Part shown: positions 1 through 9,269 of the stretch, piece after piece
Numbering within the stretch: the stretch's first letter is position 1
How the letters are laid out: each line of letters begins with the position of its first letter
Assembly (NCBI GenBank): GCA_963702425.1
Contig: CAVPCQ010000021.1
Span: 32,001 to 96,000 of the forward strand
Direction: 5' to 3'
DNA length: 64,000 nt
Source: an uncultured Acidobacteriota bacterium
GTDB lineage: Bacteria; Acidobacteriota; Polarisedimenticolia; J045
Position numbers and translations under genes: made by a program
The notes under the pieces: generated by a model
The model's input: the letters and a program-made list of their open reading frames with translations, nothing else
Told to the model about the DNA's origin: nothing
Databases searched by the model: none

Positions 1-1568
1 ATCCCCGAGACGTTCGACGCGTACGCGCCCAGGTTGCGCAGGACGACCGCCATGTCGGTCGTCTCCCCCGGGTCGAGCACGCCGTTGCCGCCCGTGCCAT
101 CCAGAATGGTGTAGCTCGTCGGCTGCAGGTCGACCGTCGTCGGCTGCATGGCGACGTCGCGCCGGGCCGCCGGTCCTCCGACCGGGACGACCACTTCGCG
201 CAGGATCTCGGTCACGTGCCCGGAGGCGGACAGTTCCAGCGTGTAGGTTCCGGGCAGCACCAGCCGGTGGTAGTCCCCGACCTCCGGGTCGCCGTAGCTG
301 TTGGCCGCGTTGCCGACGACCTTGACCGTCGCCTTCAGCGGCGCGCCGGTCGTCCCATCGGTCACAACCCCCCGTACCCCGTCCTGCACCCGCTCCAGGT
401 AGGCCAGCATCGCCTCCCGGTTCTCTTCCCAGTAGCTCGGCAGTGACGAGGCGGCCGGCCACTTGGTGCCGATCTCCATCGTGATGTCCCACGTCCCGCG
501 CCAGACGTAGTTCCAGTCCTGCATCCCGCCGCGGACGACGTACCAGTCGGCCCCGTTGCAGATCCCGTTGAAGAAGGAGCTGTCCGAGTTGTTGGCGAAC
601 AGGCTCGGGTTCCGGTCAGCGTAGGTCCGCGCCAGCGAGACGAACGGCACGTCGTCCGGGCAGGCGCTGTAGACCGACGAGCCGCTCGCCGTGCCGTCGT
701 AGGGGTAGTTCGCAATCAGCTCGCCGCCGTGGAAGTTGGCCGAGATGTTGACCGAGTGCGCGAAGCCCCAGTTCATCACCGCCTGGACCTCGAGCGGGCG
801 CCCGGCCGGGCTGTCGACCGGATCGGTGAACTGGTCCGGGAAGCTGCGGTTGAGGTCATAGCCGTTGGCGTTGTAGCGCTGCCCCAGCTCGGTGCCGTCG
901 GGGTTCATCGACGGCAGGATCCAGATCTCCGTCTCGTCCACCATCCGCTTGATCCGCGGATCGGTCGCGTAGTTGTCGACCAGCAGGTTGATCAGGCCGA
1001 TGCACAGCTCCTTGCCGACGACCTCGTCACCGTGGATCGCAGCGATGTAGCGGGCCGCCGGCTCATCCTCCGCCACGCCCGGGTTGTCGGAGACCTTCAT
1101 GATCCACAGCTCGCGCCCCTGCACCGACAGGCCGGCGCTGTAAAGCCGCACCAGGTCCGGGTGCGCCGCCGCGATCTGCTGCAGTTCCGAGGTCAGCGTG
1201 GCGTAGGTGTGGTACGAGGGCGGGATCGAGTCCGGCGCGGCCGGCGCGAGCGGGGCCTTGGCGGCGCGCTCGCGCTCCCACTGCAGGTGCGCCTCGTCGG
1301 CGACCTGCTCGACGTCGAACCCCAGCTCGCGCAGCTTCACCAGCTCCTTCTCGACCAGGTAGGCGCGCGCGCGGTCGAAGCGCACGCCGTCGACGTCGAT
1401 GTCCAGCTCCAGGAGCAGTCGGAGGTCCTCGACCCGGTCGCGCAGGCGGATCTCGACCGGGAAGACGGGGCCCGGCTCGCCCCGGCCGGCGGCGAGGCCG
1501 GCCGGCAGGGATCCGAGGAGCACGAGCAGCGCAACCAGGGCGAGGAGCGTCGTCTTCAAGGTCTTCAA
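1..1568 (-). CDS. Secreted M14 (N/E subfamily, carboxypeptidase D/E-like) zinc carboxypeptidase; 3' end lies outside the window
   Basis: Absent from the ORF track because it runs off the window edge; translated by hand. TTG start at 1568 after GGAGG, signal peptide MKTLKTTLLALVALLVLLG. Motifs YHTYATL, IHGDE (Zn ligands), SMNPDG, RYNANGYDLNRSFP, ANFHGG, ANYPYD, GGMQDWNY, ITMEIG. These are followed by a carboxypeptidase regulatory-like domain (GDYHRLVLPGTY) and an Ig-like domain (GNGVLDPGE). Confidence 0.9.
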   Translation of the reverse strand, partial: MKTLKTTLLALVALLVLLGSLPAGLAAGRGEPGPVFPVEIRLRDRVEDLRLLLELDIDVDGVRFDRARAYLVEKELVKLRELGFDVEQVADEAHLQWERERAAKAPLAPAAPDSIPPSYHTYATLTSELQQIAAAHPDLVRLYSAGLSVQGRELWIMKVSDNPGVAEDEPAARYIAAIHGDEVVGKELCIGLINLLVDNYATDPRIKRMVDETEIWILPSMNPDGTELGQRYNANGYDLNRSFPDQFTDPVDSPAGRPLEVQAVMNWGFAHSVNISANFHGGELIANYPYDGTASGSSVYSACPDDVPFVSLARTYADRNPSLFANNSDSSFFNGICNGADWYVVRGGMQDWNYVWRGTWDITMEIGTKWPAASSLPSYWEENREAMLAYLERVQDGVRGVVTDGTTGAPLKATVKVVGNAANSYGDPEVGDYHRLVLPGTYTLELSASGHVTEILREVVVPVGGPAARRDVAMQPTTVDLQPTSYTILDGTGGNGVLDPGETTDMAVVLRNLGAYASNVSG

Positions 1569-1606
1569 GCCATCCTCCGCGGCGGACCTCAGGGACAATC
1601 CCTATC

Positions 1607-4600
1607 TTACGGGCAGACGCCCGAGCTGTTCTGGTTCCGCGGCCCCGTGGTCGCGTTACCGGCAGGCCCTTCGCCGCCGGCGTTCGCCGCGCGCACCAGG
1701 TACCAGTGCAGCCCGCCCGCCGGCGGCGCCTCCAGCAGCACCGGACCGGTGAACGGATCGGTCGTCGTCAGCCGCAGGCAGGAGTCGTTGGCCGCCGTGA
1801 CCAGCGCCGGCAGGTCGGCCCCGATGCCGCGGTAGAGCCGGTACGAGGTCGCGCCGGCGATCGGCTCCCACTGCTGGGCGGTCTTCCCGATCCAGGCCTG
1901 CTGGACCGGCTCGGCCGTCGGCGGGGCCGACAGGCAGTCGTTGCAGGCGTAGCCGGAACCGGTCGTCAGCTCGAGCGACCAGCCCGTGATCGTCCCGGTG
2001 TCGCTGCCCGCGGAGTCGACGGCCTTCAGCGTCCAGGTGCCGTTGGCCGCGATCCCGCTCAGCCCGCTCAGCGGGGCGTCCGGGATGAAGGAGCCGGTGA
2101 AGGGGGCGGTCCCGCTGGCGATCGGCGTCGTCGCCGCGTCGTCGAAGACCGTCTCGACGAAGTTGTCGCCGGACGAGCCGCGACGGTTCGAGAGCGCGAT
2201 CGGGACACCGTTGGGCCCGATCAGCGTGAGGGTCAGGTCGCCGTCATAGGTGTGCGTGATGTTGACCTTGACCTTCACCTTCTGGACCGGGTTCGTGTCG
2301 GTGACGACGATCGTGCTGCTCGCGCCGGTCGGATCGCTGTCCGGGATCGGCTTCGGAATGTCGATCGACGGGTAGGTGGTCGTGGCGTACGCCAGCGCAC
2401 CGACCTTCACCGTGAAGGGGCTGCTGAACGTCCCCTGGCTGGTCCGGACCGTCAGGACAAAGGCGATGTCGCTGCCGCACGGCACGCCCAGGCCCGCGAT
2501 GAAGCCGAAGTGGGGGACGACACTCGCCGCGGTCGCGTTGACCGCGAGATTCGGGTAGGTGGCGACCGCGCGCGTGACGTAGACATCCGGCGTGGTCGTG
2601 GTCAGCGTCGCCGAGACGCCCGCCAGGTCGATCGCGCCGTTGTTGCGGATCACGACCGGCAGCGTGACGTCGTCGCCGCGGTCGACGATTCCGTTGCCGT
2701 TGCCGGGGCCGCCCGCGGCGCAGGTATCGGCTGCCACGGAGAACGACTGGTAGACGGCCGACGGCCCGCAGACCCGCGGCTCGTAGGTGAACTGCAGGCT
2801 CCAGTCCTGGATCGTGCCCGAGTCGCCGGAGGCCGAGTCGACCACCTTCAGCTTCCAGGCGCCGCTCGCGACCTTGCCATTCACCGCGCTCAGCGGGTTC
2901 TCGGGGCGGTACGAGCCGCTGAACGGGGCCGTACCGCTGGCGATCGCCGTCGCGGCCGCGTCGTCGAAGATCGTGCCGGTGTAGTTGTCGCCGGACGAGC
3001 CGCGCCGGTTCGACAGGGCGATCGTCGTCCCGTCGGGGGCGACCAGGCTCAGCGAGTTGTCGCCATCGTAGGTGTGGGTGATGTTCACGACGACGTTCAG
3101 GTCGACGATCTTGTCGAGGTCGGCCACGTTGATCGTGCTCGTCGCGCCCGTCGCGTTGTTGTCCGGGATGGCGAGCGGCGTGTCCGTGCTGGTGTACGTG
3201 GCGTTCGTGTTCTGCAGGGTCGTGAAGAGGTAGTAGTTGCCGCCGTTGGTGTCCACCGTCGCGTTGCCGTGCGCGTCCACCGACTCGACCGCGTAGTAGT
3301 AGTTCGAGCAGGCGGCGAGCCCGGTCAGGGCCACGGCGTGACCGGTGACGAGGGCGCCGGCCGAGGTCGTCAGCCCCGGCGGGATCGCCGGCCCGTAGTG
3401 CACCACGCTGGTCGCCGCGTCGTCCGTCAGCCATTGGACCACCGCGCTGTTCCCCGTGACGCCCGACGCGAAGACGTTCGAGATCACCGGTGCATCGCAG
3501 TCGGTGCCGGCGGTGGTGCTGACCGGGACGTTGAAGTTCCCCTGGCCGTCGTCGGCGTCGAGGTAGGTGACCGTCAGCGTGTCCGCGTTCACGACGGAGA
3601 CGACGCCGTCGCCCGGGGAGGCCGGTGCGGCTGTCAGGGTGACCGTCCCCTGGAACCAGGTGTCGCGCGGCGCGGCGAGCCGCGTCAGGGTCACGCTCTC
3701 GCCGATCGTGTCGGTCTCGGAGGTCGCGGCGACCGTCAGCGTCGGCCCGGCGACGTTGGTGTCCTTGACGGTGATCGTTGCGCTGCCGGTGCAGCTATAG
3801 ACGTCGGCGTCCAGGCCGAGCTGCGCCCCGCAGGGCGCCGGCGGAAAGAGCAGCGTCAGGGACCAGTTGTCGATCGTCCCGGTATCGCTGCTCGCGTTGT
3901 CCACGACCTTCAGAGTCCAGTCGCCGTAGGACGCGATGCCGTTGAGGACGGCGAGCGGGCTTTCCGGCCGGAACGAGCCGGTGAACGGCGCCGTGCCCGC
4001 GGAGATCGCGGTCGCCGCGTCGTCGTCGAAGGCCGTGGCCAGGTAGTTATCGCCGGACGAGCCGCGCTTGGTCGAGAGCGGCACCGTGCGCCCGTCGGGC
4101 GCAATCAGCGTGAGGGCGATGTCACCGTCGAACGAGTGGGTGATGTTGACCGTCACGACGATCTTCGACACGTACTCGAAATACGGGACGTTGATCGTGG
4201 CGGTCGCGCCCGCCGCGCTGTTGTCGGGGATCGGCACGGCCGGACCGGCATACGGGTAGGTCGGGTTGGTGTTCGTGCCGGTGCGGAAGCTGTAATACGC
4301 GCCGCCGTTGGTGTCGGTCGTCGGGTTGCCGGCCGGGTCCGTCGACGTCACCGAGTAGTAGTAGGTCGTGCACGGGAGCAGGCCGGCCAGGTTGACGAGG
4401 TGGTTCACGGTCACGACGGCGCTCGATGCCGACCCCGCGACGGGCGGTGAGACGGTGTCGTACGTCACGGAAGCGGTCGACAGCTCGTCCGTGGTCCAGA
4501 CGACCTGGGCCGAGTTCCCGGTCACGTTCTGCGTCGCGACGGCCGAGATCATCGGGCCGGCGCAGTCGATCAGCGCAGTCGTCGTCACCGGCACGTTCAC

Positions 4601-6310
4601 GCCGCCGTTGCCGTCGTCCTCGTCGATGTAGAGCACGGTCACGACGTCGCCCGGGCGCACCGAAAGGTGCCCGTCGCCGTTGACCGGCGCGCCCGGGGTC
4701 ACCGGGAAGGTCCCGGTGAAGAAGCCGGACCCCGGCTCGGTGGCCGTCAGCACGACCGTCTCGGGCGCGGTCTCGGTGTTCGACGTGACGGTGACCGCCT
4801 GCGTCTCGTAGCCGCGCAGGTTGTCGTCGCGCAGCGTGATCAGGATCGTGTCGGTGCAGGCGTAGGTGGCGCTGTCGAGCGAGATCGACCCGGTCGGGTT
4901 GAAGGCGCAGACCACGCCGGCGACGCCGTCCATCGTCAACTGGCCGGTGACGTTCGGGTCCAGCCAGTCCGACAGACGGCTCGCGCTGGTGCCGCCACCG
5001 ATCCACGAGGCGTCGACCTTGCCGTACTCGTCGTAGGTGATGCTGGTGCACGACGCCGTGCCGCCGTGAAGCTGGCCGATGATGTGGTGGTTCTGGTCGA
5101 AGAGCGGCGAGCCGGAGGATCCGGGCTCGGTCGTCCCCTGCTCGTACTCCCCGATGCGCCAGTGGTTGGGGCCCCAGTTGCTGCCGTTCGTGGCCGGGTC
5201 GTCATCGTAGGCGATCTTCTTCACGTCGCCCCGCGGGTGGTGGATGACGGTGCTCTCGTTCGGGGGGGTCGTGCCGCGGTTCCAGCCGTTGTAGTAGGCG
5301 TTCCACGCCTCGAGCGGGCTGCCGTTCATCTGCAGCAGGGTGAAGTCGCTGCTGGCGTAGTTTGCCAGGACGGTCGCGCCGCTGACGGTCTGGGTGCTTG
5401 GAGGCGGCGGGTTGCCGCTCCCGCACGCCGAACGCTCGAAGTTGAACCCGAACACGGTGCTCGTGCCGGCATTGCAGTGGGCGGCGGTCAGGACGTAGGG
5501 CCGGCAGTCGTTGGCGGTCGTGTTGATCAGCGAGCCGGAGCAGAAGCCCTCGCCGCCGCTCAGCAGGATCACCGCGCCGCGCTTCTCGTTCTGCCAGTTT
5601 GCGCCGAGCGGACAGGCGACGTCGATGTTGCAGGAGCCGGAGTCGCCGATCCCCTTCTCGCCGGCCTTGGCCCGGCCGATCGTGCCGAACGGCAGGTAGC
5701 CGTGCGACACGGCGCCCAGGTGCAGCCGGGGCGCGACCCCCGCGAGCTTCGCGGGCCAGACCAGCTCGACGACGAGCTGGTCACCCTCGATCGGCGGCGT
5801 CCAGAGCTCGCCGTGGGGCCGGACGTCGGCGGCGGTGTACGAGCGCGGGCTCTTCAGCGCCGGGTCGTAGACGAAGAGGGTCGCCCCGTCCTCGATCCGG
5901 AACTCGTCGAAGCCCAGGACGATCCACAGCGCGTCGGCGGAGCGGACCGAGAGGCGCCAGATCCGGCCGCCGTCCTTCAGGTCCTCCCAGGTGCCGCTGC
6001 TCGCGGGCGAGAGGTCGGTCGCCATCCGGTAGCCGATCCGCAGCGGCGTCCCGAGCTTCCCGTCGCGGGTCGCGTCCTCCCGCAGCAGCTTCGGGACGTC
6101 GACCGGCGGCGACGTCCATGCGGCCACCTCGCCCAGGGGCTTGAGGCCTTCGCGCGCCGGCGAAACCGGCATCGCGGACCCGTCCGCGAGCGCGACGACC
6201 TGCAAGGCCGCCGACGCGAGCAGCGCGAGCAGTCCGGCGGCGGCACGGGACGGGCGGATCAGGCGGGACGGACGGACGGAGCGGGAACCTGGAGCCTGCC
6301 TGCGTGTCAT
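1607..6310 (-). CDS. Large secreted lysyl-endopeptidase-like (S1, Achromobacter protease I type) serine protease with Ig/FN3 modules, three proprotein-convertase P-domains and a C-terminal CP domain
   Basis: LTAAHC, SDFTLL, HHPRGDVKKI, TEPGSSGSPLF, GQLHGG, RLSDWLDP. Three P-domains (ITHTYDGD...L.L..P.G...SGDN...G.W.LKVVD....D.GTI..WSL). The ATG at 6310 is the likely start. Confidence 0.9.
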   Translation of the reverse strand: MTRRQAPGSRSVRPSRLIRPSRAAAGLLALLASAALQVVALADGSAMPVSPAREGLKPLGEVAAWTSPPVDVPKLLREDATRDGKLGTPLRIGYRMATDLSPASSGTWEDLKDGGRIWRLSVRSADALWIVLGFDEFRIEDGATLFVYDPALKSPRSYTAADVRPHGELWTPPIEGDQLVVELVWPAKLAGVAPRLHLGAVSHGYLPFGTIGRAKAGEKGIGDSGSCNIDVACPLGANWQNEKRGAVILLSGGEGFCSGSLINTTANDCRPYVLTAAHCNAGTSTVFGFNFERSACGSGNPPPPSTQTVSGATVLANYASSDFTLLQMNGSPLEAWNAYYNGWNRGTTPPNESTVIHHPRGDVKKIAYDDDPATNGSNWGPNHWRIGEYEQGTTEPGSSGSPLFDQNHHIIGQLHGGTASCTSITYDEYGKVDASWIGGGTSASRLSDWLDPNVTGQLTMDGVAGVVCAFNPTGSISLDSATYACTDTILITLRDDNLRGYETQAVTVTSNTETAPETVVLTATEPGSGFFTGTFPVTPGAPVNGDGHLSVRPGDVVTVLYIDEDDGNGGVNVPVTTTALIDCAGPMISAVATQNVTGNSAQVVWTTDELSTASVTYDTVSPPVAGSASSAVVTVNHLVNLAGLLPCTTYYYSVTSTDPAGNPTTDTNGGAYYSFRTGTNTNPTYPYAGPAVPIPDNSAAGATATINVPYFEYVSKIVVTVNITHSFDGDIALTLIAPDGRTVPLSTKRGSSGDNYLATAFDDDAATAISAGTAPFTGSFRPESPLAVLNGIASYGDWTLKVVDNASSDTGTIDNWSLTLLFPPAPCGAQLGLDADVYSCTGSATITVKDTNVAGPTLTVAATSETDTIGESVTLTRLAAPRDTWFQGTVTLTAAPASPGDGVVSVVNADTLTVTYLDADDGQGNFNVPVSTTAGTDCDAPVISNVFASGVTGNSAVVQWLTDDAATSVVHYGPAIPPGLTTSAGALVTGHAVALTGLAACSNYYYAVESVDAHGNATVDTNGGNYYLFTTLQNTNATYTSTDTPLAIPDNNATGATSTINVADLDKIVDLNVVVNITHTYDGDNSLSLVAPDGTTIALSNRRGSSGDNYTGTIFDDAAATAIASGTAPFSGSYRPENPLSAVNGKVASGAWKLKVVDSASGDSGTIQDWSLQFTYEPRVCGPSAVYQSFSVAADTCAAGGPGNGNGIVDRGDDVTLPVVIRNNGAIDLAGVSATLTTTTPDVYVTRAVATYPNLAVNATAASVVPHFGFIAGLGVPCGSDIAFVLTVRTSQGTFSSPFTVKVGALAYATTTYPSIDIPKPIPDSDPTGASSTIVVTDTNPVQKVKVKVNITHTYDGDLTLTLIGPNGVPIALSNRRGSSGDNFVETVFDDAATTPIASGTAPFTGSFIPDAPLSGLSGIAANGTWTLKAVDSAGSDTGTITGWSLELTTGSGYACNDCLSAPPTAEPVQQAWIGKTAQQWEPIAGATSYRLYRGIGADLPALVTAANDSCLRLTTTDPFTGPVLLEAPPAGGLHWYLVRAANAGGEGPAGNATTGPRNQNSSGVCP

Positions 6311-6508
6311 GAGCGCCCCTCTCACTGGACGAAACCCCACACTTCACCCGCGACGGAGCCGCGAGCCCAAAACTCCGGTGAAAGGTCCGGTTCCTGGCGC
6401 GTCGCGGCAAGGCAGAATCTGGCGGGGTCGCGCGGCCCGATCGGGCGCGGTGTCTTACCCGCGTAACGCGCGAGGTGCCTCCCCCTGTCCCCTATACTCC
6501 GCCCCGCC

Positions 6509-7981
6509 ATGGACACCCCCCGCAGCGAGGCCCGGCGCCGCCGGATCGAGGCCAGCCTGGACTGGCTCGCGCGCTACGACGCGATCGTCGACGACCCGGC
6601 CGCCTTTCGCGCCGCGCTCGAGCCTCCCACGCCGGTCGACCTGCTCGTCCACCCCGGACGCACGACGCCTGCGGAACTCGGCAAGGCACTCACCGCGCGC
6701 GGCCTCACCGTCGAGACCCTCGACTGGGCCCCGCACCACCTGCGCGTCGGCCCCGGCGAGGCGCCGCTGCCCGGCGCCGGCACGCTGCCCGAGGTGGTCT
6801 TCGGCTTCGCCCTCCCGCAGGGCGCGTCGAGCGCGACCGCGGCGCAGGCGCTCGCGCCGCGCGCCGGCGAGATCGTCGCCGACCTCTGCGCCGCGCCGGG
6901 CGGCAAGACCGCGCTGCTCGCGCTGCTCGCCGGCGACCGCGCGCGGATCGTCGCCGGCGACCCGTCGGCCGATCGCTGCGGCCTGCTCGTCACCAACCTC
7001 GCGCGGCTGGCGCTGACGGGGCCGCTGGTCGTGAAGCAGGACGCGGCGGCGATGCCCGCCGCGGCGCCGTTCGACGCGATCCTGCTCGACGCGCCGTGCA
7101 CCGGCGAGGGGACCTTCCGCCTCGCTTCCCCGCGCTACGAGCCGCGCGGCGAGAGCGGCTTCGGCCCGGCGTGCGCGCTGCAACGGCGGCTGCTCCACCG
7201 CGCGCTCGACCTGCTCGCGCCCGGCGGGCGGCTGGTCTACGCCACCTGCTCGTACGCGCCGGAGGAGAACGAGGAGGTCCTCGCCGCCGCACTTGCCGCG
7301 CGCGACGACGTGGCGCTGGCACCGCTGCCGGCCGGGACGCCGGGGCTCCCCGGCCTCGCCGCCTGGGGCGACCGGCGCTTTCCCGCGGAGATGGCGCACG
7401 CGCGTCGGCTCTTCCCGCACCACACCGGCTCGTGGGGCTTCTTCCTGGCGAAGCTGGAGAAGCGCGCCAGCGACGGCGGCGGCTCGATCGGCTCGCTCCT
7501 CGCGCCCAACGCGAAGGCCGCCGACGCGCCCCCCACCGACGACCCCGGAGCCCGCGCCGAACTCGCCGCCTTCCTTGCCGACCGCTTCGGCGTCGACACC
7601 GACTCCGCCCTCGCCGAGCACCTCGTCACCGCCCGCGGCCGCGACCTCTGGCTCCTCTCGCGTCCCGCTGCCCTCGCCGGCCACGACGTCGATCTGTCCG
7701 CGCTCTCCGTCGTCGCCCCCGGGATGCGCGCGCTGCACCGCACCAACACCGGTCCGCGCGCGACCAACAGCCTGCTGCGCTGGCTCGGCCCGCGGATCAC
7801 GCAGCGCGTCGCGGAGCTGGACGGCGAGACCGCGCGGCGGCTACTGGCATGTGGACCGCTCCCCTGCCTCGATCAATCACTGCGCGGCGCGGTCGCCGTG
7901 CGGGTGGACGGGGTCGTCGTCGGCGCGGGACACGTCAGGGACGGGATGCTCCAGTTCGAGATCCCCGCGGCCTGGCGCTGA
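6509..7981 (+). CDS. RsmB/RsmF (NOL1/NOP2/Sun) family RNA m5C methyltransferase
   Basis: DLCAAPGGKT, ILLDAPCTGEG, LVYATCSYAPEENE, RLFPH..G..GFFLAKL. Confidence 0.9.
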   Translation: MDTPRSEARRRRIEASLDWLARYDAIVDDPAAFRAALEPPTPVDLLVHPGRTTPAELGKALTARGLTVETLDWAPHHLRVGPGEAPLPGAGTLPEVVFGFALPQGASSATAAQALAPRAGEIVADLCAAPGGKTALLALLAGDRARIVAGDPSADRCGLLVTNLARLALTGPLVVKQDAAAMPAAAPFDAILLDAPCTGEGTFRLASPRYEPRGESGFGPACALQRRLLHRALDLLAPGGRLVYATCSYAPEENEEVLAAALAARDDVALAPLPAGTPGLPGLAAWGDRRFPAEMAHARRLFPHHTGSWGFFLAKLEKRASDGGGSIGSLLAPNAKAADAPPTDDPGARAELAAFLADRFGVDTDSALAEHLVTARGRDLWLLSRPAALAGHDVDLSALSVVAPGMRALHRTNTGPRATNSLLRWLGPRITQRVAELDGETARRLLACGPLPCLDQSLRGAVAVRVDGVVVGAGHVRDGMLQFEIPAAWR

Positions 7982-9137
7982 GGTCCGACGCGATCGCCCG
8001 CGCCGCCACCGCCCCGAACTGCGCCGCCGCGCGCACCGGCCCGGAGCGCGCCGCGGCGCGGCGAAAGGCCCACGACAGCACCGTGCCCGGCGGCGTCGTG
8101 CGTTCGTCGGCCGGCCGCGGCTCCAGCGTCAGCGCGCCGCCGGAGCAGCTCACGACGCAGACCCCGCAGCCGATGCAGCGCTCTCCGTTCACCGCGTAGC
8201 CGCTGTCACCCTCGACGATCGCGCCGGTCGGGCAGCGTCCCGCGGCGCAGGTCCCGCATAGCAGGCAGTCGTCGCCGGTGATCTCCGCGACCCAGTTGCT
8301 CCGCACCAGGAAGTTCGGCGCCTCGAACTCGTTCAGCCCGCGCAGGAAGCCGCAGCAACAGGGACAGCAGTTGCAGAGGAACATCGGCCCCTTCTGCACG
8401 TTGAAGGTGCAGTGGACCAGCCCCTCCTCCTCGAACCGGTCGAGCAGCGCCAGCGCCTCCTCGCGCGCGATCCGCCGGCCCCACGACGGGAAGTCCTGCA
8501 GCCCCTCGGGATCGGGCGAGATCGCAAGGCACGTCTCCGAGGTGTGGCTGCACGGCGACCCCAGCGCCGCCCTCTCCTTGCGGCAGATGCAGTCCATCAC
8601 GCGGAACGACGCGCCGTCATCGATGATCGCGCGCACGCGCTCGTAGCGCAGCACGGCAGGCGGGGCGTCGATGTGCACGCCGACCGGAACGACCCGCGCC
8701 ATCGCCGGGCGGTGTCCGCCGAGCTCCTTCATCAGGGCCGGTATGTACTCCTCGAACAGCTCCGCCAACTCGCGGTCGATCCGCGGCAGCTGGAACTCGT
8801 AGATCCCGATCACGAACGGAAGCAGCGAGTAGCGCGTCTCGCGCGCCGCTTCGCCCGCCGCCGCGTCGCCGGGCCCGCCGCCCCGCCGGACCGCGAAGAT
8901 CTGACCCTTCGCCGCCATCTCATCCAGCTGGTCCCGCATCGCATCGGCCGGCCGACCCAGCCGCCGCGCGATCGCCTCGACGCGCTCGGGAACCGGCAGC
9001 AGCGACGCCGCGACCGCGGCCTCGTCGGGGGAGAAGAGCCGCTCGAGGATCCTCAGCTCGACGCCCGACGCGGTCGCAGGGTAGCCATTGGGGAGCGCAT
9101 CGAGCGCGGCCGCGAGCTTCCGGTAGGCATCGCTCAT
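7935..9137 (-). CDS. 4Fe-4S binding protein with N-terminal HTH-like region and C-terminal ferredoxin domain
   Basis: C-terminal part of ORF 7935..10940; ATG at 9137 gives MSDAYRKLAAALDALPNGYP. Motifs CICRK, CNCCPCCC, CLLCGTC..RCP, CIGCGVCVVSC. Confidence 0.85.
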   Translation of the reverse strand: MSDAYRKLAAALDALPNGYPATASGVELRILERLFSPDEAAVAASLLPVPERVEAIARRLGRPADAMRDQLDEMAAKGQIFAVRRGGGPGDAAAGEAARETRYSLLPFVIGIYEFQLPRIDRELAELFEEYIPALMKELGGHRPAMARVVPVGVHIDAPPAVLRYERVRAIIDDGASFRVMDCICRKERAALGSPCSHTSETCLAISPDPEGLQDFPSWGRRIAREEALALLDRFEEEGLVHCTFNVQKGPMFLCNCCPCCCGFLRGLNEFEAPNFLVRSNWVAEITGDDCLLCGTCAAGRCPTGAIVEGDSGYAVNGERCIGCGVCVVSCSGGALTLEPRPADERTTPPGTVLSWAFRRAAARSGPVRAAAQFGAVAARAIASDLSARPRGSRTGASRP

Positions 9138-9269
9138 TGCCGCCTCCGGGCACACGGTACCACCGGCAAGGGTTCCGGGGTGGTCCGCGGCGGTTCGAGT
9201 TCGCGTCCGCCGCAGTTCGTATTCGCGCCTGCGCCCGGCGCCCGCGATCCGGGCCCTACATTCGACGTG

